DNA of 64,000 bases from Escherichia phage AV101: sequence record OQ973471.1. One strand, written 5' to 3'. The number at the start of each line of letters is the position of its first letter. Position 1 is the first letter of the stretch. The notes under the pieces were generated by a model. The model ran no database searches and had not been told where the DNA came from. It saw only the letters and a list, made by a program, of their open reading frames with translations. Below are positions 53,825 to 62,889 of the stretch, one piece after another. A program made the position numbers and the translations under genes.

Positions 53825-56800
53825 TTATATTACTGACGTCACAGTTCCAGATATAGACGCTTTTACACTTGAAGTTGGATTTGGTCTAACTTGAACAGTA
53901 CCCCTGTTACCAGATGCTCCGATAAACACATCATATCCGGTTGAAGCATTAAAGTCAGAGAACAGACTTACAGGAGCATTATTTTGCGCAACTAGTGTAG
54001 CTGATGATGTCCCATATCGCTTCAATATACCAGGTGTAGTAGCAGAAGAATTACCATCCCTTCTGCATACAATATCCAAGTCAAACGTGTAACCATCAAA
54101 CCCGTACTGTGCAGTATCCTGGAAGAACTTCATTACTTCAGTGGTTGAGCCCCCAGCCGGAGCAACATGGTTGAAACCGGAGAAGGTCATACGAGTAAAT
54201 CGGTTATCTTGTACAACAGTATCAAATGTCTTTTCAATCTTAAGACTACTAAGCCCATATACACCGTTTAAGATAATGGGGTTTTGTACTCGGGCGTTCA
54301 TGCGAATATCTAGCGCAGGGGCACTGTATAAATCTATACGTTCGCCCACAGCCCCAGAACGATCGGTAATGTTAACAGCAATAGAAAAAGTGGTATCGTT
54401 TCCTTCAATTTTGATGGAAGAGCGTTTATCCGCATTAATTGAAATGGCAGGGGATGTCTCAGCTGTTGACATTCCAATAATCGTTAACGCTCGCACATAC
54501 TTAGTGATATATATCTTTGCTTCTTCACTATAGTTACCTGCCAAATATGTTGCCTGGCTGTCACCAATTCTTACCTCACCTGTTTCAATTGTACTTGAAA
54601 TTACTGACGTACCAATAATGGGAACTTCAACCTTAGTCCCAGATTGAAACTCAGAAGTCATTGCACGGTCAAGTGTCAACACATTCCCAGAGATTGCTGT
54701 TATACGCCGTGTTTCTACACCTCCAGTAGAATTAGTGAAAGCAATCTCAAACCAAGTATCGAATCCAGCTGCGTCAGCAACAGTAACAGTAGTATCCCCA
54801 ATATTTGCTGCTGAGCTAAGTGTCGTACTCATTCCTTCAATAGAAACCGTACACTGTCCCGTACTACCACCAATATAGCCCATCAACTTTATCGAGTTAT
54901 TTCGGACGCGAACACCATACTTAGTTCTGGTGGAGCCATTTGTTGTTCCTTGCGAATGACCATGCCAATTAATAACCAGATGTAAAAGATCATAATTACT
55001 GATGCGGTGGTTAATTGATTTATTTCTAATGGTTGTATAGGGCGCTGTGTAAATAGCTCTCCCAGCTGCTGATGATCCTTTTTCCTCTACTCCACCATTA
55101 ACCGTGAAACCCTCAATGGTTTGATGCCAGTGTAGTCGATCTCGATTCCTATCTCGTGGGTCAATACCAACGTGGTGTAGCGAAATATCTGAATCTGCTG
55201 ACATAAGAATAGTTGCGTCATTGCCAGCACCAGAGAAGGTGAACCCACGACGGTCAACATCAAGAGTCACTTGGTTGGTACTAAAAGTACCAGATGGAAA
55301 ACTGAGCTTTCTAATAACTGCATTAGCTCGTGCTACACGGTTAGCCTCATCTATAGCAGCAGAGTTAGCAACAGGGTCAGTTCCACCAAAACCAAACTCT
55401 TCATAACCCATATTACGGTGTAATATTAGGTTAGCAAATAAACCATTTGCAAGGGTTATAGCATATGTGCTGCTATCTTTCGTAGCACTGACTCGCCATT
55501 TCGATATTGTTTTAATACCATATTCGTTAGCTGCTGTTTCAACTAGCATTCCCTCTACTAATGGAATATTCTCACCCGATGGTAGGGTTCCTGTCACAAG
55601 TTCGCTAACCGTTTTAAAATTAATTGTAATATTCTTATTCACCCATTTCTTAATGGAGTGGACACCTACACTAATCCATAAACCACTACCAATACCTCCA
55701 GTTGTTGCTGGAGTAGAGTCAGCGGGGACTTCTTTAGGCAATGCACCATCCCAACGGTATTTACCATCTGTAAAGACAACTAACTCATTCTTGGTATTAA
55801 CAGTTACACCTGTATCGAATGAACCAGGTAAGGTCACGTACTCCTCACGAGATACAGCTAATGCGCCCAGATCAACACTACCAGCAGAATGCACAAGTAC
55901 AGCCGAAGAACTAAGGCTGACTGCCGTGGTTCCAGTCGGTAGCTCTGGAATAAAATATGATCTCTGTGTTACTTTATCATAGATAACTTTATACCCACTT
56001 AACACAGCACCAACACTAAAATAAACGACCTCTGTATCTTTAACATTGGTTACACGAGCCACTTCCCGCAAAGTATAATCAATTTGATTATAGATGTTTG
56101 GTGTTCCATTGATAATTACAACAACTTCATCCTCTGGTTCCAGTTCTTGCGCAAGAGTGATTTTACTGGTTAATGGATCGAATGTGAACCCCAGATTTTT
56201 ATACTGGCGACTTCCGTTTATATCAATGGCCGGAACATCATCAACAACGACGTCCAACGTGATTTCGGTTTCACCACCAATCGCTGAACCCCCATTATAG
56301 ACCCAGGTAATCGTAGAAGAACCAGAACCACCGCCAGTGCCCAACTGAACCGGAGTATATTCTATTACCTGCAATTCAGTGCTGGCGGGCAAAGAAGGAC
56401 TGAAAGTGATTACATTCCCATCTAGTGAATATTTGGATTCCACAAGACGTTTTCCGTCAGCATATACGTCCACGATTATTGGTGGAGTATTGAGAGCGAC
56501 AGAACTTGTTTCAGACGCCAAAATTTGTGTAAATATTTCACGACTGTAGACACGACCTTGGCCAAGACCGACGCCGGATGTAATAATCCAACCTTGTTCA
56601 GGTCCAGACCAAGTGAACGTTGCTGATACGTTATCAGTTGTTATAGCCATGTCTTCAGTGGAGCCATACAAATTATTTCCAGAAGGAGACACGGTCAATG
56701 GGTAAGTGGCAAATTTCCCATAAGCATCACAAATAGTAACAGAATCCCCAATACGCGTAGGGGAAGGGAGAACCACTGTAGATGCCCCTGTGGTATTATT

Positions 56801-57133
56801 AATGAGATAGCCTCGCCCTTCAGTGAGCGTTGCCGTAGAGGCATGCGGAAGGACTTCCCAGCGGATGCCACCGCCACCCAGCGGCAACCATCCACCATTT
56901 TCATAGAAACCCTCAAATTCGTCGGAGTCGGCATTGTAGCGAACGGAAGACGGGAGTCCTGCGCTGGCATTACCCTCGGGTAAAGTCAGGACAGCATCTG
57001 GTCCATGCTCAATCGTACCCGTGTTGAGGACACCAGCCAAAGTAGACTGCTCTTCAGCCGCCAGACCGAGAGGGAAAACAGGCTGTGTTGGTTTATTAGC
57101 CATTTCAAATACCCCTAAATGTGTTCGTTTCAT
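53825..57133 (-). CDS. tailspike protein (about 1100 aa) with extended N-terminal region and internal shared module
   Basis: Internal VKDTEVVYFSVGAVLSGYKVIYDK...GKYRWDG module; true start may be MANKPTQ at 57103. Confidence 0.8.
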   Translation of the reverse strand: MKRTHLGVFEMANKPTQPVFPLGLAAEEQSTLAGVLNTGTIEHGPDAVLTLPEGNASAGLPSSVRYNADSDEFEGFYENGGWLPLGGGGIRWEVLPHASTATLTEGRGYLINNTTGASTVVLPSPTRIGDSVTICDAYGKFATYPLTVSPSGNNLYGSTEDMAITTDNVSATFTWSGPEQGWIITSGVGLGQGRVYSREIFTQILASETSSVALNTPPIIVDVYADGKRLVESKYSLDGNVITFSPSLPASTELQVIEYTPVQLGTGGGSGSSTITWVYNGGSAIGGETEITLDVVVDDVPAIDINGSRQYKNLGFTFDPLTSKITLAQELEPEDEVVVIINGTPNIYNQIDYTLREVARVTNVKDTEVVYFSVGAVLSGYKVIYDKVTQRSYFIPELPTGTTAVSLSSSAVLVHSAGSVDLGALAVSREEYVTLPGSFDTGVTVNTKNELVVFTDGKYRWDGALPKEVPADSTPATTGGIGSGLWISVGVHSIKKWVNKNITINFKTVSELVTGTLPSGENIPLVEGMLVETAANEYGIKTISKWRVSATKDSSTYAITLANGLFANLILHRNMGYEEFGFGGTDPVANSAAIDEANRVARANAVIRKLSFPSGTFSTNQVTLDVDRRGFTFSGAGNDATILMSADSDISLHHVGIDPRDRNRDRLHWHQTIEGFTVNGGVEEKGSSAAGRAIYTAPYTTIRNKSINHRISNYDLLHLVINWHGHSQGTTNGSTRTKYGVRVRNNSIKLMGYIGGSTGQCTVSIEGMSTTLSSAANIGDTTVTVADAAGFDTWFEIAFTNSTGGVETRRITAISGNVLTLDRAMTSEFQSGTKVEVPIIGTSVISSTIETGEVRIGDSQATYLAGNYSEEAKIYITKYVRALTIIGMSTAETSPAISINADKRSSIKIEGNDTTFSIAVNITDRSGAVGERIDLYSAPALDIRMNARVQNPIILNGVYGLSSLKIEKTFDTVVQDNRFTRMTFSGFNHVAPAGGSTTEVMKFFQDTAQYGFDGYTFDLDIVCRRDGNSSATTPGILKRYGTSSATLVAQNNAPVSLFSDFNASTGYDVFIGASGNRGTVQVRPNPTSSVKASISGTVTSVI

Positions 57134-57147
57134 CTAGGGGTATTTAG
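57105..57147 (-). promoter_or_regulatory. late-promoter-like motif within an inverted repeat
   Basis: AAATACCCCTA...TAGGGGTATTT palindrome spanning the 5' end of the 1102-aa gene. Confidence 0.4.
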
Positions 57148-57155
57148 TTTTCACT

Positions 57156-58367
57156 TTAGAAAGAAGCGACTAAATTGTAGTCAACGGAGCAAGCAGTCGT
57201 CGTGTTCGCATTTGTTATCGTCAAACGAAGTTTTGAAGACACTACAGAACCCGCGAATGTCACCGTACCGGAAGTGGACTTCTGTACCAACAGTTCAGAC
57301 TTGATAGTCCCGTCACGGGTGATCGTCACGCGGTACGTATCCACGACGTTGCCTGTACCCCATTGTGCACTGATCAACACCTGGCAAAGGTTCACCAAAT
57401 CGAAGTCGGGCAACGCAGAGTTCCCAGAAGCAGAGACAGTGATACCGCTTGGGTTGGTCTTCCCGATCTTCACACGGGCAGCAATGTCGGCGTCCAGGCT
57501 TGTCATTTTGGCGTTGTAGGTCGATGTGTTGACCTTTCCAGACAACGTGGTATTGATCGTGCCAATATCACTCTGAATGCCGCTGATGGAACTGTCCAAC
57601 GCCGCCATCTTCGTGTTATACGTACTGACGTTCACTTTGTTGTTCGTCAGATCCAGTATACTGGTGTCTAGGCTAGACATCTTGGAGTTGTAAGTCGACG
57701 TGTTGACCTTCGCAGCCAGAGTGGTGTTGACAGTGTTGAACTGAGACTGGATATCCAACATATCGGCATCGTAATCAACAACCTTCAGATAAGCGTTGAA
57801 ACGCGTATCATTGAAGATAGAAGTCACAAACGCAGATGTGTCGTACTTGACAGTGTCGGTTCCACTCACCAGTAACATGGTAGTTGGCACACCAGTACCA
57901 GAGTAAGTGGCCAGATTTGTGCCATCGAAAGTGAGTTTGTTGTAGCCGCCAGGTAACAACTCTATTTTCAGACCAGAGTTAACCCCGGCAGTGTCTTCGC
58001 TCACGCCGTGCTTGCGCAGCATAGACAGATTGACGCCATCAGTGGAATCAACTGGCTCATCTGCGATGGTAAGTTTCTTCCCCGTAGGGATACTGACACC
58101 AGCATTGGCTCGGATTTCTGCGGCAAAAGTCTTCCGCCCGTTGATAGTTTGTTCACCACCGTCGGTGCGGATCACTTTGTTTTCCAGTGTGTCGTAGATA
58201 TTATCCACAGAACGCTTCAGCTCATACGTCAGATGAGCTGAAGGAGGGAACAACGGATCATCAACAGCGAAATCGTTGACAACATCAGTCTTGCTTATTT
58301 TATCGTCAACAGAAGAAAGGATTGCATCAATCTGCTGACCTGTGTATTGACTCAGAAAATCGGCCAT
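57156..58367 (-). CDS. tail fibre/fibritin-like protein with tandem repeats
   Basis: Three tandem repeats of about 24 aa (VNTSTYNSKMSSLD, VNVSTYNTKMAALD, VNTSTYNAKMTSLD). Confidence 0.6.
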   Translation of the reverse strand: MADFLSQYTGQQIDAILSSVDDKISKTDVVNDFAVDDPLFPPSAHLTYELKRSVDNIYDTLENKVIRTDGGEQTINGRKTFAAEIRANAGVSIPTGKKLTIADEPVDSTDGVNLSMLRKHGVSEDTAGVNSGLKIELLPGGYNKLTFDGTNLATYSGTGVPTTMLLVSGTDTVKYDTSAFVTSIFNDTRFNAYLKVVDYDADMLDIQSQFNTVNTTLAAKVNTSTYNSKMSSLDTSILDLTNNKVNVSTYNTKMAALDSSISGIQSDIGTINTTLSGKVNTSTYNAKMTSLDADIAARVKIGKTNPSGITVSASGNSALPDFDLVNLCQVLISAQWGTGNVVDTYRVTITRDGTIKSELLVQKSTSGTVTFAGSVVSSKLRLTITNANTTTACSVDYNLVASF

Positions 58368-58369
58368 TT

Positions 58370-59224
58370 TTAACTCCTTGAACTTTCTAGGAATACAGTA
58401 AACCCAGCAGGATGGAAATGCTGACGGAAGACGCGATCAAACACACCTTCAAAATCAGATACGTTGCCAGGAACTCTTATCACATACGTGAATTCATCAT
58501 AGTAGTAATCGTCACGCATTCCTGTCGCGCCGTCACATTCAAAGTTGTCGTCCAGGCCACCAATTTCTTCCTTGGGATAATACACACTCACTGGGCAACC
58601 AAAGTAAATCCAGAAGAACAATTCAATCGCTTTCTTCGTCCCGCGAATGCGATAAATGTGTTTAAGTAACTTCAACCAGCGTACATGGTCCAGTGTCCGG
58701 CGTTCAGTTCCCTCGACATACACAGAGAGCGTGTCTCCGTCTGAAGTCACCAAACTGTCCGAACCAACTGGCACAAACTTCCCGAACTCCAGGAAGGACT
58801 TATCAACCGTTCTCTGGAATCCAAAATCAGCATACCAATCGTCGATGCGTTCGTTCTTGTCTTCCATTGAGATTAATGGCCGACCGTCCACGTCCAGCAA
58901 ATCTTCGAAGTCTAGCGCCATCATGTTCTCAAACGTGCGCGTCAGGAACTTGTCTTCCAAGAAGTCTTTGGCCTCAGTACCTGGCGTCTTGCGCTTCTTG
59001 ATGTCAATCAACTGCTCAATAGGAGACTGATCCGTATTTGGGTTCACCCAACCATCAGTGTCTGCCAGATACGCCAAGATCTCCTCTTCGGTGAATCCCT
59101 GCTGGCGATACAACCAGTTGAAGAACGTATCCATAAACTCGATGAATACTGGGAATTCATTCTGGTAGAACAATGGGGTTTCATATTTCACCCCATTGTG
59201 TCCGTTATTAAGATCTTTGGACAT
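58370..59224 (-). CDS. putative baseplate protein
   Basis: 284 aa between the baseplate-wedge-like and fibre genes; overlaps the upstream gene end. Confidence 0.45.
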   Translation of the reverse strand: MSKDLNNGHNGVKYETPLFYQNEFPVFIEFMDTFFNWLYRQQGFTEEEILAYLADTDGWVNPNTDQSPIEQLIDIKKRKTPGTEAKDFLEDKFLTRTFENMMALDFEDLLDVDGRPLISMEDKNERIDDWYADFGFQRTVDKSFLEFGKFVPVGSDSLVTSDGDTLSVYVEGTERRTLDHVRWLKLLKHIYRIRGTKKAIELFFWIYFGCPVSVYYPKEEIGGLDDNFECDGATGMRDDYYYDEFTYVIRVPGNVSDFEGVFDRVFRQHFHPAGFTVFLESSRS

Positions 59225-60986
59225 AACGCACCTCCGGCTCCACAGTTACAGCACCGATGCGGAGCACCTGATTCTGTGTGGCCTGAATGTTCTGGTCAAG
59301 ACCGTCTGGAGACACAATTATTGTCACACCCTCAGTGTTGTAGTTGGATACTATGATACGCTGGAGTTCAACAACGCCATTCACATAATCAACCGTCCCA
59401 ACAGCTTGTACCAGATATTCCTTGGTCGTGTCTGTTGCACTCACCTTGTACATATTCAGGACACCACTGACGTCGCGCATGTAGTAAGTGAAGTCGACCT
59501 CGGCCGGAAGCGGCTTAAACCCACTGATAAGCACAGAACCAGATGCAATCGAGCGCCCATAATCGAACGTGAAGCTGTCCAGTACCCCATAGTCTGGCTT
59601 GAAATGGCGCTTATACTTCACAGAAGTGATGTTTGACACTATCGATCTGTCCATGTCGGTGATTGCCGACTGTAACTGCTCTTTATCGAACAGTTCGTCG
59701 AATCCTTCTAGATTCCCCAAACCCCAGTTGACAACACCGTTCTTCACGACTGTCTTCAACTGCTCTTCGGTATAGGACGTGGAAGTCGGATCCCAGAACA
59801 CGCGGGTGGTGACATCAACATAAGTCAGTTCAGCGTCGACAATCTTGGGTGTGATCGTGCCCACATTGTACTTGTCTAACGTCGCCACGATATCTGCCTT
59901 CTCAGCGTCCGAGAGCGACTCACCAACAGAAGGTATCACAGCAATGTAAACGTATCCGGAGTCGGGCGGAGAGAGCGTGTCGCCGCCATATGCTTTGGCG
60001 CGGGAGACGTTGGAGAACAGACGCTCGGTCAACACAGCATAATCGACTTCGGCTACCGCCGCACCCTCAGTCTGATAAGCCAGCGGAGCAAGGCGCTTGA
60101 TGTCCTCAATGCTCTCTGGGTCCGCACCACCGGAAGAACGTTCTGACACCAGCTCAACATCTACAAGGTTGAATCCCCCGATGGAAGACGCGGAGGACAA
60201 GGCAGTGATGTCATTGCCGTCTGCACCAGCTGTCTCCAGATACTGGAGGTACACGACGTTCCCGTCTTCTACTCGCTTACAGATATACCCATCACCGAAT
60301 TCGAACGTGTACATCCCGTCCAACCCCAGCTCAACGAAGTAGAGTTGCGCATACTGGCTCAAATCGAACGGGCTGACGTATCGTGAGAAGGTAGACCGCA
60401 CGTCAGATGTCTCAGATTCCTGCACCTGCACCACCATATGGTCGATGTCCACGGAAGAAGATGGGATCACATAGGTAGAGATCGCGCTACCTTCCACATC
60501 ATAGGACTTGTACAGCCAGTTACCCTGTATGAGTTTGATGTTCTCGAACTTGTAAGAGCCGTCTACAAGAGAGGCGCTCACAGGTTGGTCAACCGTGAAG
60601 TTATAGGATTTGCCATCCTTCACCCCAATGAACATCGCGCGGCGATCCATTATAATCGTGTCCGGAGCCGTGCTGGCGTCATATGGAGTGACTGTGACGT
60701 TTGCGTACAGGTACGCCGCCTGGTAGTTGTGAGGGGTGTACGACAAGAACCCAGCCGCAAGACCGACATTAGAACGCTGTTGAGCAGAGTGAAGATGGCT
60801 TTCGCCATTCAGCATGTTCTGCATGAACCCGATAGAGTTGGCATCCGAGGCCAAGATACGCACGATTGCACTGAGACCAGAACCTTCAAAGTCATAATCC
60901 TTGAAAGTTGGATCAGCTTTCATGCGCTTCTTGATAAGATACTCGAAAGCCCTGACATCGAGTGAAGGGACTGTTTGCGTGGCCAT
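59208..60986 (-). CDS. baseplate wedge protein (T4 gp6-like, tentative)
   Basis: About 592 aa from MATQTVPS (GGAG RBS); CTAAATATC motif upstream; identity is a by-eye impression. Confidence 0.5.
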   Translation of the reverse strand: MATQTVPSLDVRAFEYLIKKRMKADPTFKDYDFEGSGLSAIVRILASDANSIGFMQNMLNGESHLHSAQQRSNVGLAAGFLSYTPHNYQAAYLYANVTVTPYDASTAPDTIIMDRRAMFIGVKDGKSYNFTVDQPVSASLVDGSYKFENIKLIQGNWLYKSYDVEGSAISTYVIPSSSVDIDHMVVQVQESETSDVRSTFSRYVSPFDLSQYAQLYFVELGLDGMYTFEFGDGYICKRVEDGNVVYLQYLETAGADGNDITALSSASSIGGFNLVDVELVSERSSGGADPESIEDIKRLAPLAYQTEGAAVAEVDYAVLTERLFSNVSRAKAYGGDTLSPPDSGYVYIAVIPSVGESLSDAEKADIVATLDKYNVGTITPKIVDAELTYVDVTTRVFWDPTSTSYTEEQLKTVVKNGVVNWGLGNLEGFDELFDKEQLQSAITDMDRSIVSNITSVKYKRHFKPDYGVLDSFTFDYGRSIASGSVLISGFKPLPAEVDFTYYMRDVSGVLNMYKVSATDTTKEYLVQAVGTVDYVNGVVELQRIIVSNYNTEGVTIIVSPDGLDQNIQATQNQVLRIGAVTVEPEVRYVQRS

Positions 60987-61023
60987 GATAATCTCCATCA
61001 CCTGAGTTTGAATATGGTGTTGA

Positions 61024-61032
61024 AGATATTTA
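61024..61032 (-). promoter_or_regulatory. late-promoter-like motif CTAAATATC
   Basis: About 40 nt upstream of the gp6-like ATG. Confidence 0.35.
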
Positions 61033-61159
61033 GCCAACGGGAATCAAAACGCTCGCGCGCGTTTAATTTATTCGAATATAACTCGCGAGGGGGCTGACGC
61101 CCTCGCTCGTAACACCGCCCTGTGCGGGCAGCACCATTCCACAGCCATGGAGGCTGCTT

Positions 61160-61187
61160 CTCGTTGTTCGTTAACACTCACAACTCG
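61160..61187. repeat. conserved 27-nt box, second copy
   Basis: CTCGTTGTTCGTTAACACTCACAACTCG, near-identical to 17274-17300. Confidence 0.5.
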
Positions 61188-61351
61188 AAGGGCACTGCGT
61201 TAGGATACAGTTTCTTGATGTTGTAGAAAAGTAGTTTTTACCTATTAATAATCACTGTCATTATTTTATTGGTCATTCCTGTGTTTATATTCAATAAACA
61301 TACTCCCAATATAATAACGGAGACATTTAATCAATCCAGTGAGGCTCCGGA

Positions 61352-61921
61352 ATGCACATTAACACAGCAATCATGAAACACATTATTCCTTTGTTAGCAA
61401 AATACGAAGGGGAACGCGCCACGAATATCCCTTTTGAAACAATCACCGATGAAGTAAAACGCCTGACAGGTAAAAGTATCAATTTCCGTCGCGTTATTGA
61501 ATCTGCGTTAGAGTTGGCCCGTTCTGATTTACGAAATCCAACATTTTCATTTAACATTGACATAACTTCTTCACTTCGACAAGAATTGGAAGAATCATCA
61601 CAAGCACGGCGCGATCGCTTCCGTCATTTATATGTTCGTAACGAATTCTCTGAAGGTCGTGTTGGTATGAAACTGGAGTCTATTCGTTCTGACATTTGCT
61701 TCACTGTCAACTACGTTTTAGAGCCAGAGAGCCAGCGCATTTATTTTGGCGCGATTATCGGTTTCTATGGGAACTCCATTAATGGTTGGGCAGAACGTGT
61801 TGGATTAAAAGAAACTCAGAACACTCATTCCACACCTTCTACCCATTATATGACGCATGAAGCTGCTGGTGAATATGTTTACCTTCTGCGTCGTGTTGTG
61901 AAGTTAGAAGTGTTAAAATAA
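61352..61921 (+). CDS. hypothetical protein
   Basis: 189-aa plus-strand ORF with GAGG RBS; divergent from the late cluster. Confidence 0.5.
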   Translation: MHINTAIMKHIIPLLAKYEGERATNIPFETITDEVKRLTGKSINFRRVIESALELARSDLRNPTFSFNIDITSSLRQELEESSQARRDRFRHLYVRNEFSEGRVGMKLESIRSDICFTVNYVLEPESQRIYFGAIIGFYGNSINGWAERVGLKETQNTHSTPSTHYMTHEAAGEYVYLLRRVVKLEVLK

Positions 61922-61978
61922 CGCTTTATTCAATAAATAATTACAGTAAAGTTATTTGCATGGAAGGGAGGGAACACT

Positions 61979-62125
61979 ATGTTTTACATGATGTTACTCC
62001 TCATCCTCCTGATCGGGATTACCTTTACTCTCCTGGGTCTACCCGATCAGTCCGGTAAACAGACGCCCACTTCGGCGCATCCGGTTTTGAGTTCAGGTTC
62101 GTCCGCACTGCTGTGGGCAGTGTAG
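61979..62125 (+). CDS. small hydrophobic peptide (48 aa, below the ORF-track cutoff)
   Basis: Manual translation MFYMMLLLILLIGITFTLLGLPDQSGKQT...; GGAAGGGAGGG upstream. Confidence 0.4.
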   Translation: MFYMMLLLILLIGITFTLLGLPDQSGKQTPTSAHPVLSSGSSALLWAV

Positions 62126-62636
62126 CTCAAAGAGGAGAGGACTTTTCAAATTAGTTGGGCTGTAGTATAGTAAATTTTATGGTGTAAAGAGTCGGGCGAC
62201 TAGCGGTGTAAAGGTTGAGGCCAAGCACAGTCCTAGGACGAGGACTCCGGCTCCATAAGTCAATATCCACCTTGCATGGTGTCAGTGGACGCACTTGACC
62301 GTCGGAGAACGAAACTCCCTGTTGTAGCGTGATTAGCTCAGAAATAGAGAGCACCCCGTTGGCAAGTCGACACCAACACAAGGGGAGGTCGGGGGCGCTA
62401 ATCTCCATCACGCCGACAACATTATGAGTCTTCCATAGAGGGTTCATAATGTTGCGTCAAAGGGCAACAAGGTTCCTGTTGGTCGAATTAACTTGATTCA
62501 TAGTTCCTACTGATCTTCCCGGATTCGAAGGAGCACCAACAGGCGAGACCGGATGCGTAAGTTCCGGCAAAATGTTGGTGGGTGTGACATAGTCCGCGAA
62601 TGGAAATGTCCAACAAACAACAACAAAGAGGTAGTT
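62126..62636 (+). ncRNA. candidate structured RNA or long structured leader
   Basis: About 510 nt with no credible ORF; perfect 11-bp hairpin CAACATTATGA/TCATAATGTTG (62414-62457) and CCTGTTGG/CCAACAGG pairing. Confidence 0.25.
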
Positions 62637-62885
62637 ATGATCAATTTAGAGAATTTACAGAAGCAACTGGGTTGGGATGGGGTTTCATGCACTCTGGTGA
62701 AATCTGAAGACTCAACCAAGGTAGAAATCTCAGGACGGAAGCGTGCCATCGCTCTGGTGGACAAGAAGTTTGAGAACTACGATGCCCTGTATAATTTCTC
62801 GGCCTCGTGTCAGGCTGTTTGGGTTGAGTCTGTGGAAGTTAATTCAGACAACACCATCAAAGCAGTCATGGGCTGGCTGAAGTAG
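62637..62885 (+). CDS. hypothetical protein
   Basis: Start at MINLENLQ with AAGAGG RBS. Confidence 0.5.
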   Translation: MINLENLQKQLGWDGVSCTLVKSEDSTKVEISGRKRAIALVDKKFENYDALYNFSASCQAVWVESVEVNSDNTIKAVMGWLK

Positions 62886-62889
62886 ATTA

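Noticed and set aside
57490-57760. Tandem nucleotide repeats that might suggest a CRISPR array or VNTR
   Set aside because: They are in-frame coding repeats inside the fibre gene, with no spacer structure.
62327-62412. Possible tRNA (U8-A9, D-arm-like GCTC...GAGC, matching acceptor strands GCGTGAT/ATCACGC)
   Set aside because: No 5-bp anticodon stem or canonical T-loop could be folded; probably a coincidental partial match, though the region is still flagged as structured RNA.
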